From Raillietiella orientalis (lineage: Eukaryota), in contig JAYWIR010000007.1 in the NCBI GenBank assembly GCA_036172245.1, positions 186,001-250,000 of the forward strand: a stretch of DNA of 64,000 nt, in the 5' to 3' direction. Shown here piece by piece: positions 1 through 11,249 of this stretch (its first letter is position 1; the number at the start of each line of letters is the position of its first letter). A program made the position numbers and the translations under genes. The notes under the pieces were generated by a model. It searched no databases. It was not told the DNA's origin and saw nothing but the letters and a program-made list of their open reading frames with translations.

Positions 1-1315
1 CCAGGATCCGCCTCAAGGACTTGGCGGTTCCTCGGCGGGATGCCGGGATGGGCATCTGACTCTGGAGCGAATCGGACTGCTAGTGCAGTTCCGCATGCGC
101 CCAGCTTTGGATCACTCCCTGGTGTGCTCCAGCGCGGCTGCTGCTGCGGCGCTGCACGGGTGGCGACGGACTGCGTTCGTTGCACCTGCGCACGCAGCGC
201 GTCTTGAGAGGATTCGGCTTCCCTCTGAAGCAGCTCCTCTTGCTTCTGGGAACGCATTCGTGGATCTCCTGCCGGCCAACGAACCTCAACGCCTGGAGGC
301 AGGAAGCCTTATCGTCCTGGGCAGCGCAACAGGATGTGTCCCGTTTGGAACTCCGTTGCGTGAACCCTTCCTCATACTGTCCAGTGGGAGAGGTGTTGGA
401 AGACCAGGACCAGTGGACACGCCCAGCAGCTACGACTCTTGCCGCAGCACTGTCTGCCCTGATGGTGCGAGACGACAGTGTCCTACCGGCGAGGTGGGAG
501 GTCGCTTGCGCTATCGCAGGCGAAACTTGACTTCTGGGCGGCCTGAGAACTTGCGAGCTGCCAGACGCTGCCACCCCTCGCCTTCGTGTCAATGGGCTTC
601 TCCGGTGGAGTGAGCTCCTCGGGGGGCACCCCGAGGAACTTGTGGTCCCTTCTGCGTGCTTGGACGCGACTCTCTTCCCCCTTTGGTGGAAACAGGACGC
701 TTTTCTGCTGGTGCATTGGGGTCTGTGCTGCAACCAGCGCGCGCACCTGGTTTCCGGGGGGGTTGCTTCCCCGAACTGTGCCCAATGCGGAGCGGTTGAA
801 TCGCTTCCGCATTTGCTATTTGAATGCGGTGCCCTCCAGGAGCTGTGGCGGCGGCTGTCTTCAGCGCTCCTGCACCCCACAGTGGATTGGATGCGCCGCT
901 TCTTCACGCGTGGCGGTCTTTCTCTTATAGCGGTCGTCGCAATCATTTGCTGCGTCCGCGCCACTGTCAGGGCCCGCCACGTATTGCAGATGCGAGCACT
1001 CCCAACATCGGTCCCCGACACCGCAGCCTGCAACCTGCAAATGGCTGCCGGGTGGCCACACCTTGAAGCAGAAGTGAGGACGGAGATTGCCGGCATTCAC
1101 CGCCGGTTCTGAGAATAGGAACGGTTGGACTGCATACACCTATCCCCACCCTCCCACCCTATTTATTTATTTATTGTCCCCTCCCACCCGTTCCGAACTC
1201 TCAGTGTGCCCGGCCTGCGTACCGGGAACCCTCTTCCCCATCTTCTGTTCCCCTTGCCTGGGAACACAGTTCCCAGATGATATTATTAATAAACGACCCG
1301 GCGCAACCGGGAAAC
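1..1315 (+). mobile_element. L1/Tx1-like non-LTR retrotransposon, 3' part (end of ORF2 with CCHC zinc finger, 3' UTR); runs off the window start; decayed
   Basis: RIRLKDLAVPRRDAGMG (post-RT 'GGLG'-type motif) at the start; ORF 642-1112 has CAQCGAVESLPHLLFEC (CX2CX7HX4C); pyrimidine-rich UTR, AATAAA 1288-1293, stem-loop 1297-1311; stops/frameshifts upstream. Confidence 0.85.
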
Positions 1316-1317
1316 AA

Positions 1318-2060
1318 ACGACGACGCTGCATTCATAATCTCGCTACCCTCGCGAGTTTCCTTTCAAGTCGACGTTCTTTCTTCGACTTTTTTTTTGATG
1401 TTGTTGCCTGCCATCCAGGCTCCTGGCCGTTTCCCTCGACCTTGTCGGCGGTGTTTGCCGGGTCTCGGGTGCGGCCTGCGAATTGGGCGCGGGCGGTACA
1501 GCTTTCGCGGCAGCTTTCGCCGCCACCGTTTTTTGCAACAGCCAGACGCGTTTCCTGAGCTTCCTTGCGGACGCCACGCGCACGGCTGCTTTTGGGCACA
1601 CCTCTCGCGTGTGGCTCATTGTGCTGCATACTTGGCACGGCACGTTGGGGCACCTATTTTTGAGGTGGCCCGACGTATTGCAGAAGCCACAGTATTTCGG
1701 CTTCCCCACATAGCAGAGGTCGACGGTTTCGCCGCGGACCACCAGTTTGTAGGGAAGAGAACAGCCCTCCCGGACGGTGACGCGTGTAGCCGTGAGGCCG
1801 CATTGCAGTCCAGTATAGTCCACTAAAGCACTAGGCTTGGACCACATTGCATGAACCGTTCCATATTGCTCCAGCTTAGCACGTACGGCTTCCCGACGCA
1901 TCCGCGCTGTCACTGCTAATAGGTGGACAACCATACTACGGTCCACCGTAATGGTAAGGAGCCTGCGTGTCCCCATCACCACGAATGTTTTGAGCTGACG
2001 CCGGGCCAGATTTGCCTGTTTACAGATCACCTCAACGTACTACCCCCCGTTGCGGATGGT
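1318..2060 (-). mobile_element. LINE ORF1 (gag-like, two CCHC knuckles) plus first codons of ORF2; truncated at both ends
   Basis: ORF 1344-2030 contains YCGFCNTSGHLKNRCP and CQVCSTMSHTREVCP; the frameshifted basic tail ends at TGA 1333-1335, overlapped by ATG (MNAASS). Confidence 0.85.
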
Positions 2061-2061
2061 C

Positions 2062-2660
2062 ATAGCGCCAAACTGCTCAGATGGAAGACGAAGGAAAATG
2101 TTGGACACGCGGTAATCACCTTGAGGGATCTGCATGAAATGGAAGGAATGAGGATAAGCATTGTCTCATAGGGATTGAGAATGATCCCAGTTTCCACAGA
2201 AGAGCACCAAAGTTCCCGGAAGGTTATTTGGGTGCCATTGTGATGCACTCCGCATCAAACTGTCTTCCCCACATATCTGTTTTTTATGAACCTCAAGGAA
2301 TTGACCCTGTGGGTTGGAGACGTGCCAGCGACGGTGTGCTACATGCAGGAGCCTAAGAAACTTAGAAAACAGAGTTTTCCTTGGGCAGGGCACGATTCCA
2401 CACAAACTCTCTAAATGAGCTTTGTTCAGTATCCCCTCGACACAAGTGATCTTTCCTACCGTTGCTATAAGATGAGGAGCTCACTGAACACATACGATTA
2501 AAACTGGAAGTATGAACTCCTCTCTGCAAAACGCATCTCCCTATCAGAAATCTTCCATTAATCTCATGAAAGTAACCAGCTCATTTTGCTCAACGCAGAA
2601 AGAACGCACTCTCAAAAGCTTTGAGAGTTACCAAGGAAATAGTTTAATGGGGTACCTGAG
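2062..2660 (+). mobile_element. Decayed Ty3/Gypsy pol fragment (integrase region); dispersed repeat with five occurrences in the window
   Basis: Matches ~18180-18720, 27640-28497, ~45165-45703 and ~60635-61545; decayed frame LWVGDV..VCYMQEPKKLRKQSFPW resembles the integrase zinc-binding/core junction; continuous with RT/RNase H relics in the longer copies. Confidence 0.6.
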
Positions 2661-4483
2661 CTCCTTCTGGCGCGCCGCGCTAACAAACATCTGTTCCAGA
2701 GTGCATTACGTGTACGGCGTGCCGTTGCGCCGTGGGATTCGGCAGAGCGATAGCCTCAGTCCCCTGCTCTTTAGCACCTACTTCGAGGTTCTGCTGAGAG
2801 CTTACAGGATGACTTTGGCTGCCTTGCCAAGTTCGTGTCCCGGCACGCCTGGGGATCCCGATGGGCACAAATCTGAAGTACCTTGGCGTTCCGCGGGGGG
2901 ACTTTTGCCCGTCATAAGCATGGTCAGGCCGTCTTTAGAAAGTGCATTTGGCGATCTCTGGAGGGCAAGTTCCACTTGCCGGAACGGGCCGAAGTATGGA
3001 AAGCTTTTGGGGCCCCTTATCCTTTGCCCCCTACTTTTTGTTTGCGCCGTCCCCATAGAAATAAAAAAGCGGACAAAGGACCTCCTGAGCATCGCCTTTG
3101 GGGCAAGGGGAGGCCCCGAGTCCCTTTGATGGACTTGTGTGTTCCACGTCGTGATGGTGGTCTATGCCTCTGACGGTGGAGCGCATGGAAGTTCAGCTGC
3201 GATGCCGAACATTGGCCATCGCAGCCAAGCTGTTGAGCACCCCCTGGTATGTTCCTGACCGCTTCTTCGCCAGACGTGCATCCGGAACGTGAGGACTCGC
3301 ATCTCTTCTTTTATGTCGTTGAAGGAAGACAAGAAGATGCAACCTTCACCTTGGACGAGTAGCCACCCTGGCGAGGGAGAATACATGGATGATCTGCAGC
3401 CCCGTCAACTCCAGCGCACGGCTGGATAAAACAGTTGGCACGCGGGCTGTAGTGAATAAGAGGAGCAACGAGACATGGAATAGCCTGCGACGCGGCCGAT
3501 ACGCCCGCTGCACTCTAGGCGACGTCCTGGAGTGTCCAGCCAGAAGCACGTGGGCAGAGACGACCTGCCTAGCGACGGTGCTGCCCTTCCTACGTAGGAC
3601 CCTCGTTAGCAGCCCGACGCCGAGGTGGCAAGTCTCTTGCCGTATCGCAGGCAGAGAAAAATTGTTGAGCGGTTGGACAATGGGACAGCTCGCAGACGCC
3701 ACAACCCAGAGCGTCCTTCAGCAAGGACTAAGAAATGGGGTGAGCTGCTCGGCATCAGGACGGATGACCTGAAATGGCCCCCAGTGATAACCCAAACAAG
3801 GATCCTTCCCCTAAAATTTCAAGATTCCGCGCTTATGCTGTTGCTCTGGGGACTCCCCTGCAATGCACGCCGCCACCACTGGACACGGGGAAGTGTGAAC
3901 CCAAACTGTGCCCGGTGTGAGGAGCGGGAAACCCTCCCGCAGCTTTTAGTTGACTGTGCTGCCCTCCGGTCCCTGAGGGAACGCTTCGGTTCCACCTTAG
4001 GGATCCTGGAAAATAGGCTTCTTAGAGACGTTTTTCGGCTCCTCTTCGTGTGGGACGCCCTGCAGCCAGCCGCTGTAATAGCAGCTCTCTGCTGCGTACG
4101 CGGTATTGTGGCAGCTTGGAGTGGATCCGACGAAGCAGAGGATGTTAGCGGAAGGCATGCCATGGAGTATGCAGTTCGCTTTCTGCGAATAGCATCCCGA
4201 TGGCCCCACCTGGGAAATCTGTACCAGGACCTCGTCGGCATCCTGCAAAGGATGGAAGCTCCAAGCAACGGACAGTGATCCCTTCTTGGCCCTCCAAATG
4301 ACAGGTGTTTCTACTTTTTTATTTTTTTTTATTTTTGTTCTTTCCCTAACCCCATCCGTTGACGTGGAGTCGGTCAGTGCACTGACCACCCGACAGCTCC
4401 ATAGAACTATTGGCCGCAGAGGGGCCTTCTACCGCAAATACTGTTAGTTTTTCAATAAACGCCCCGGCTTGACAGGGTGAAAA
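2661..4483 (+). mobile_element. 5'-truncated L1/Tx1-like LINE: partial RT, C-terminal CCHC, 3' UTR; non-functional
   Basis: GIRQSDSLSPLLF followed shortly by NLKYLGVP with no YxDD between; DLCVPRRDGGL; CARCEERETLPQLLVDC in ORF 3625-4278; AATAAA 4454-4459 plus terminal stem-loop. Confidence 0.9.
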
Positions 4484-6699
4484 CGTAGAAACAAACGCTC
4501 CGCACCGCCCCCGTCACCCTGCCAAGGACAAGGAATGCTACTCCGGAGGTATTCTGGGAGCCTGACCTCCAATGGAGCGTCCCGCCTGCGCGAACTGCCA
4601 GATTGGCCGCATGCTGTTCGGAGAAAGCGTGAATCTCCTGCAGCAGGGCCAGATCGAAGTCGCGCAAGACGTTAGCAACCGATCGCCTCTCATCGCTGTC
4701 GTCCAGCCCGTTGACGTTCCAACAGGCAACTCGGACGCGACGAGAAGATGCGAGACCGCGCATCATTGCTGCGGACATGGAAGGTGCGTTCCTCCACCCG
4801 TCCGGCACGGCATCAACAGGGAGCACGACGGATAGGTGAGCGCGAGCGCACCCTGTCTCCGCCGCGCCGCACGCGGCTGGCTCGGTAGATGCAGAACATT
4901 GCCTCGGGCTCCGAGGAGCATCGGGAACCGTTCCCGCCATCAGGCTTACGCCTGGAAAATTTATCCTCGCGTCTGTCCGGGTTGCACCGGGCTTTGCGCC
5001 TTTGCGCTGGCGCCCGCATCGGAGTCGGAATGCCGCGCCGCGCACGAGACCGGCGTTTGCCCTGCCGTTTTGCTTGCTGGCAGTTCGATGCTGTCCCAGC
5101 GTTGGCGGTGCGTGCCGCCGATTCCTTAGCTCTTTCAAGACTCAGTGTCGACCACGACGGCGTACGAGACTGCGGCTGTTGCCATTTTCGGCGCCCGGTA
5201 CTGCCATTTTACCCCGCAATCTTCATTGCGGGAAGCGCGAGAAGACCTCTTCTTGACTACGTCCTCCTTTTTTCTGCTACCCGCAAGGTCTATACGGCGT
5301 ACCCGATTCTCGCGAGTTCCCTCGCTGGACAAGGGATGCTCTGCAGTGCCCTTCGTCGCCGCAAAAGGTTCCGCTTTCGCGATCGCGGAATGGAGCTCCC
5401 TCTCCTCCTTTGCATTTTGCTGCTCCTTACCGGAAGGAGAACGCAAGGCGGCGGAATGACGTAAACTCGTACGAGTTTTCGCTGCTTTACCTGCGGAACG
5501 GGTCACCATACACGACTTGCCTTACGCAAGATGAGGGGTGCGCGTCCCTCATTGACGACTACGGCAGAATTTCCGCGAGTGCCGCGGCCCTTTTGTTCAG
5601 GGACGGCGACAGACGCCGCAGGATTTATGACACCGCCCTTCGCCTGCAGCGTAGCGCCAGGCCTCTCCTCAGGGCGTTGCGGCTGTTCACCCTTCTGCAC
5701 GAGCTTTCTCGGTTCCTTGACCGCTGAAACGCCTGCGGGGTCTTTCGTGGCAGTGCCACGTTCCGAGCGTACCGGGCAATTCTTGCCCGCCGACTGGACA
5801 GCAATATTCGACGCGGGCGGCGTATCTGCGGGGCGATTTTGCGCCCGTCGTTTACTTCTCAGCTCGGCGCACTGATTAATTAAGTGGCCGAGCATTTTGC
5901 AGTAACGGCAACCACGCGTTGGGCACTTTCGCGGACGGTGGCTCTCCTTGCCGCGGTTGCCGCATGCCGACTTCTAGCCGACCAACCGCATAAACACGAC
6001 CGCGTCACCAACTTTCATTTCCGCAAGCAAGTCAAACCATTTATTCATGGTGACTCGCGCCGTGGCGAGTCCGCAGTGGAGGCTCGGAAGCTTTTTCACT
6101 GGGTCGACATGCCTCCACCACGCGTGCACCGTGGTATAGAACTCGAGCGCCCCTATTAAATCGCTGTCACTGATTCCCGGCCGGATGCCCGAGAGTTCGA
6201 GCACGATCGACTGGTCCATCGCAGCAGGAACGACTTCCTTCCCACGGATTTTCAGCGGGCTTCGAAGCAGGCGCTGTACGAGGATTGCATCCTTGCAGTG
6301 CACCTCCCAATGTCCAAGCGCGCTCACTGGCATCGAAGCCAGAAGATCGCTCTCGCGGACCCGTTCCAGCTCGCTCCACAGACGGTCACCCGTCCCATCT
6401 GCAGCGAAGGTACTCACCTTGCAGCAGAGCGTAGGCTTGTAGCCTTGGGCAAGGAATGCTTGCAACTCTGCGACGTCTGCAGGCGCGTCGTCGGCTGCCT
6501 CTGTCTTCACGATAATGGGAAGTCTCTCCGGCAGCGAGACCTTCAGCCTGCCCCTAATAGGACTAGGAATCCGGATACGTTCCACACACTCCAGGGAAGA
6601 ATGAGCCGGTTCCAGTTACCACAAGGAAACAAAACACTGCTCACGGAGACAGAATACAGGCGAGCAGCGCAGCAAAGCACGTGCGCGCGTTTCAAGAGT
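4484..6699 (-). mobile_element. L1/Tx1-like LINE 5' half: 5' UTR, ORF1 (in-frame stop, knuckles) and N-terminal APE endonuclease, cut off at 4484
   Basis: ORF 5974-6585 continues past TAG into ACGNRGKESHRPRKCP and CRYCKMLGHLINQC; ORF2 has VACWNVNGL, DLALLQEIH and SGVAFLV (APE motifs); 5' motif at 6666-6699. Confidence 0.9.
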
Positions 6700-7399
6700 T
6701 GGGTTTGAGTATCAGGGTGGAGATTTGGGAGTATGGACCGCATTCAACTTCAACACAGTCTTTCAGCACTTCATCTAAATCTCTTACCTAGCGAGGTTCA
6801 CTTTCAACCGGTTGGTGGTAAGGCAAAATGCCATTTCCATTCGTGTAACTATATCTCATTTGCCACTGGGATGTGACAACGAAAAGGCGCTCAACATATG
6901 TTCAAGGAGGAGGATATCGAAAAGATCAGACACGAATTGCCAACGGTTGTCAACGCAACGAGAACACCAGCCAAACCTGAGAGTGCCAGCAACAACACCG
7001 AAACAGGACTTAAGGGAGTATATATTCCGCAGTGGAACACTTCCAAATAAACCTTGGGATCGCAACACTGTTATGTTTGTACATCTTTTTCCATTCTCTT
7101 ACGAACACGCAGTGCAGCACGACGGGGCGAGAAGACGCGTGAAAACTTCGTAACGCTCTTTCGTACTTGCAAGAAACGCCGCCGTCGATGACATCACCAT
7201 CCATACGACGATTCTCATAAATGAGGAGTTTTAATCACAAGGAAAAGCATCCACGTATTCTCAGCGTTTCATTCACGAATGATGATGTCGAACTTGTGAG
7301 GCGGCCCTTATATACTCTTGAAGAAAAGTGTTTTCAGGTAATAGGTGACGTTGCTCTTTGCCTACGGCACCGAGGGCTGAGCTAGGAGCTCCCCGTCTG

Positions 7400-7700
7400 C
7401 ACTGAAGGCCACCGTCTTTCTGGCAAAGCTTCCCTTCCGTTCTTCCAACCTACGACGAGGCTGCTACGCAAGTGTAGCCGCTGGCGCGGTATTACGTGTG
7501 TTACGATGAGGCATTGGAATGTAAGGTAACCAATGATGGAAACACTGCAAGAAGTGGACGAAGGTACGCAGACATGCCTTTCCAGCATCCTTACCAACGT
7601 CCTGTGGGTGCGACTACATTCCGCGACCAGCAAAGGTTCGCCATAAGCCACAGAAGATAACTGGATGTGCGGCAATCCAAACAAGATTGCACATTGCCAG
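7400..7700 (-). mobile_element. Possible highly decayed LINE ORF1 fragment
   Basis: HPVIFCGL resembles PSLHCGL/TGLQCGL of the neighbouring ORF1s; followed in another frame by SCSVSIIGYLTFQC (degenerate knuckle). Confidence 0.35.
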
Positions 7701-8339
7701 CTGCTGCAAGTTGCTGGGAAGCAAAAAAAAATTGATTTGCTTTTTTTTTCATAGTTTCATCGGAAGAGAATGGCGAATTTGGAAAAATTGCGAGACCGGA
7801 CTGAAATGGACCGTTTTGTTGGCATCGGAAAGTGGTTCCTACTTTCAGAAAGTCGATTCAAGAAGGCACTTTTATTTAGTAGCATGCACTTTGACCTTTT
7901 TTCCAATTCCAAACGCATCATTTAGGGTGAACAAATACAATTCCAAAGAAAACAACCGAAGTTTTGTTTCGAAAAAAAAAGTGAAACAAAGCAACACAAA
8001 GAATGACACAGAAAGCGTGGACAGAAATTCCTAAAATCTCAAGAGTAGTCACTTCGGAAGCACGGCAAAATGAAACGATCCATTGGTAATGAATTTTCCG
8101 TGGCGCACGCTCACAGATCCACGGCTGCTTAAGCACGGTTTGGCCCTCAACCGAGGTCCTCGCCGCAAACACTTGCTAAAGTGTACCTTTAGCTCCACGG
8201 CCTTTGCTCTTCCGAATATTACTCCATTCCATGTCTTTCAGTGACTCATTAAATTGCATTGCTCTCATCCTGGTTCTCTTTAATCATCTTGTATGTACAA
8301 AATGAAAGTCAGCTCTTTCGATCAAAGAATGCTCAGCTA

Positions 8340-8801
<462 letters not shown>

Positions 8802-10639
8802 TTAGTGGAGAGGTCATTCGTTTCCTTAGTCTTGTAAGCTCTACCTGGTGAAATGGAGTCCCACAGAAGTACACATATCGGTCCTGAAATGGATCTATGC
8901 AATTTATTCCGTTTTTGCAATGCTGCTGCATCAGTATTGAATTTGGCTTCACCACTGCCGGGTTTTTCATTAATAAGCCATCCAAATATTGAGTTTCCAG
9001 GGACACGAAAAATAGGAGCATCAAAGAGAGAAATAGCATCCTCGTGCACAAAGTGGGCAGAGAATTCTCTGTGTACTTCCTGTACAATGTTGTGGTATTC
9101 CCGTAGATTTCCAAGCCTTTATGAAATGGAAATGCGGCACGCTGCCATGTTGAAAAACAAAAGCTGCTGCGGGTGAACTCAGAAGTGGACCTTTTCGCTC
9201 TCTTGCAGACTTCAGCGTGACGAAGCAACGTTTCAGCAAGATTTTCCTTGCTCACATCCTTTTTTGTCAATTCAATCTCAGCACGGAATGTTCGATAATC
9301 CACGTTCTTCATGGAATCGTGCCTTGGAGCTATGGTGGTGGTCACACACAGAGCGACGAGTCTCAGTTGCTTTTCTTGTCTTTTGCTCCTTGATGGTTTC
9401 CAATGGAAATGTTTTTCCTTTTTTGTACCATCACACAAGGTCGCTATTTTTCTTTTATCCAGTCTCACGATTTCTCACCACATTTTAGATCATCTTTCAC
9501 ACTTGAACCCATTTCTCACAGATGATATGGAGGTGTCGGACACAGACGTACAAAATCGAAGTTTTTTCGCATTTCGTTTCGGAATGCACGTTTCCCAAAA
9601 AGGGAAAAAAAAAAAAGAAAGGTCAACCTCCGACAGAGAGGTCACCTTCACATGCCTGAAGCCAGGCGGGAATTTTCTCGAAAACGAAAATGAATGCTCG
9701 ACTGGAGAAAGCTGCCCTAATAATCCTCATTACCACCAATTCACATAAGTCTTCCTCCTCACTTTTTCGTACCCACTATTCATATTGGAGTACCTACTTC
9801 TATTTTATGAACAGTAGCTTATTGAAAATTCATGCGTAAATATTTCAACCCCGAATTCTTTTAGAATGAATTAAAAAAAAAAATACATCTTTGATAATTG
9901 AAAAATGAGAAACACTCAATTCACTGAGAATAATAATCCGCAGTGCGAAATAAAATCGATCCTGATTTCCGTGATTAAAATGGAGCTTAATAGAATCGAC
10001 GTTCGTTCACGACGTGTGTCAGGTTTCCACAAACGTGAGATTCTTGCCCTCAAGACATTTTCCGAAAGTCACTCTTTTTCAGGAGCAGAGCGGGAAGGAT
10101 AATCGGTCTGCTTGATCCAAACACGGATGCTGCATGCTTCCTTTCATATATGGAATGTTTCAAGGGAAACCTGATTGAAAATGCACAAACCCACTTGTAT
10201 TGTACGGATTCTGATGACTGAAAGTCAGTTCTTCATTCCCAGTTCTGACCTTTCCCATTCAATATGCGACTGATCCTTACGAAACTTGAAAGAAATGAGT
10301 GAACTCGCTTTCACAGGGAAACCTGCAATCTACCCATTGCGAAACCGTAGGAATGCGAAAAGTGGCAGAGTGATTCACGACGTGCTCAAAGCCTCCCTCC
10401 GAAGCAGACTTTTTCCGCTCGACCTCGATCCTCGGACTCTCGTTGCCTCAGGTGAGGTCGGCCGTGTTTTTGCAGCCTCATCGTGAGATCTCCGTGTCGC
10501 GTCGATGTTCTCGCGAAGATCGGCTGCCGAGGAGACGTGCCATTCCTCATCAACGTGCTCCCTTTTTTCCCGCACTTTCTTTTTTTGGGGAGCATTCAAC
10601 CAGCGATTTGCAGCCTTCGCTGCTTGCCTTATGTGTAGC

Positions 10640-10963
10640 TCTCAAACGGCGGCTTTTTTCCTACGGCGTTGTGTGATTTTTCTCTCTTTTCTGTTTGGTT
10701 GCGAGCTCGGTGTCCCTCGTGTGTCCTCATGCGCCCGTGCACGTAGCAGTAGCGGCATGCGAGAAACACTTAATCACGTGGTGTCCCTCTTGACCGCATT
10801 CCCCGTAGGCGCGCTGATGCCCCGCGTACCGCAGGCGGACAGTCGCTACCTCCATCTGTGGCCGCGTGGACATCCCGTGGCTATTTACCACAGCAGCACA
10901 CACGTCGCAGAGATCAGTTGCATCGGCGCTATCGTCTCGGCCTGACGGCTGTTGGAGGCTCAC
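10640..10963 (-). mobile_element. Decayed LINE ORF1 zinc-knuckle region
   Basis: ORF 10727-10963: EVATVRLRYAGHQRAYGECGQEGHHVIKC aligns with GETVDLCYVGKPKYCGFCNTSGHLKNRC; GHTR remnant of a second knuckle follows. Confidence 0.7.
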
Positions 10964-11249
10964 GTCGTCCCTGAAAGGGTCACCAAAAAAGCCGACACGT
11001 GAACGGCTGCCAGGTGTACTCGTCGGAAGGAAGAAGTGTGGTACGACGGCTCCGTCCTCCTACGCCGTTCTGAAAGCAAGGTGCGGCCGAACGGAATAAA
11101 ACCCTGCACCAAGGTATCCTGTATATTTTTCTATTTTTTCGTAAATGTATTTGTGGTACCCTGCTTTCGGTTCCCGATCTTCGGTGTGACCCAACTGCGT
11201 GTCAGGGACCGCTTCCCTCGAACTTTCTTGCCCATCGTTTCGGGACTTT

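Noticed and set aside
80..1096. 338-aa minus-strand ORF and similar long GC-rich ORFs
   Set aside because: Antisense shadows of retroelement coding sequence; no motifs
2062..2660. Five-copy ~550-bp repeat as an LTR or SINE
   Set aside because: No TG..CA ends, PBS/PPT or A/B boxes; it is continuous with pol relics in the longer copies
1318..4483. Twin-priming 5' inversion (inverted ORF1 plus forward 3' end)
   Set aside because: The pieces are separated by ~600 bp of Gypsy sequence and no flanking TSD is visible
2661..6699. Functional bipartite or novel RT system
   Set aside because: RT lacks YxDD, stops and frameshifts are shared by the copies, and the APE is truncated
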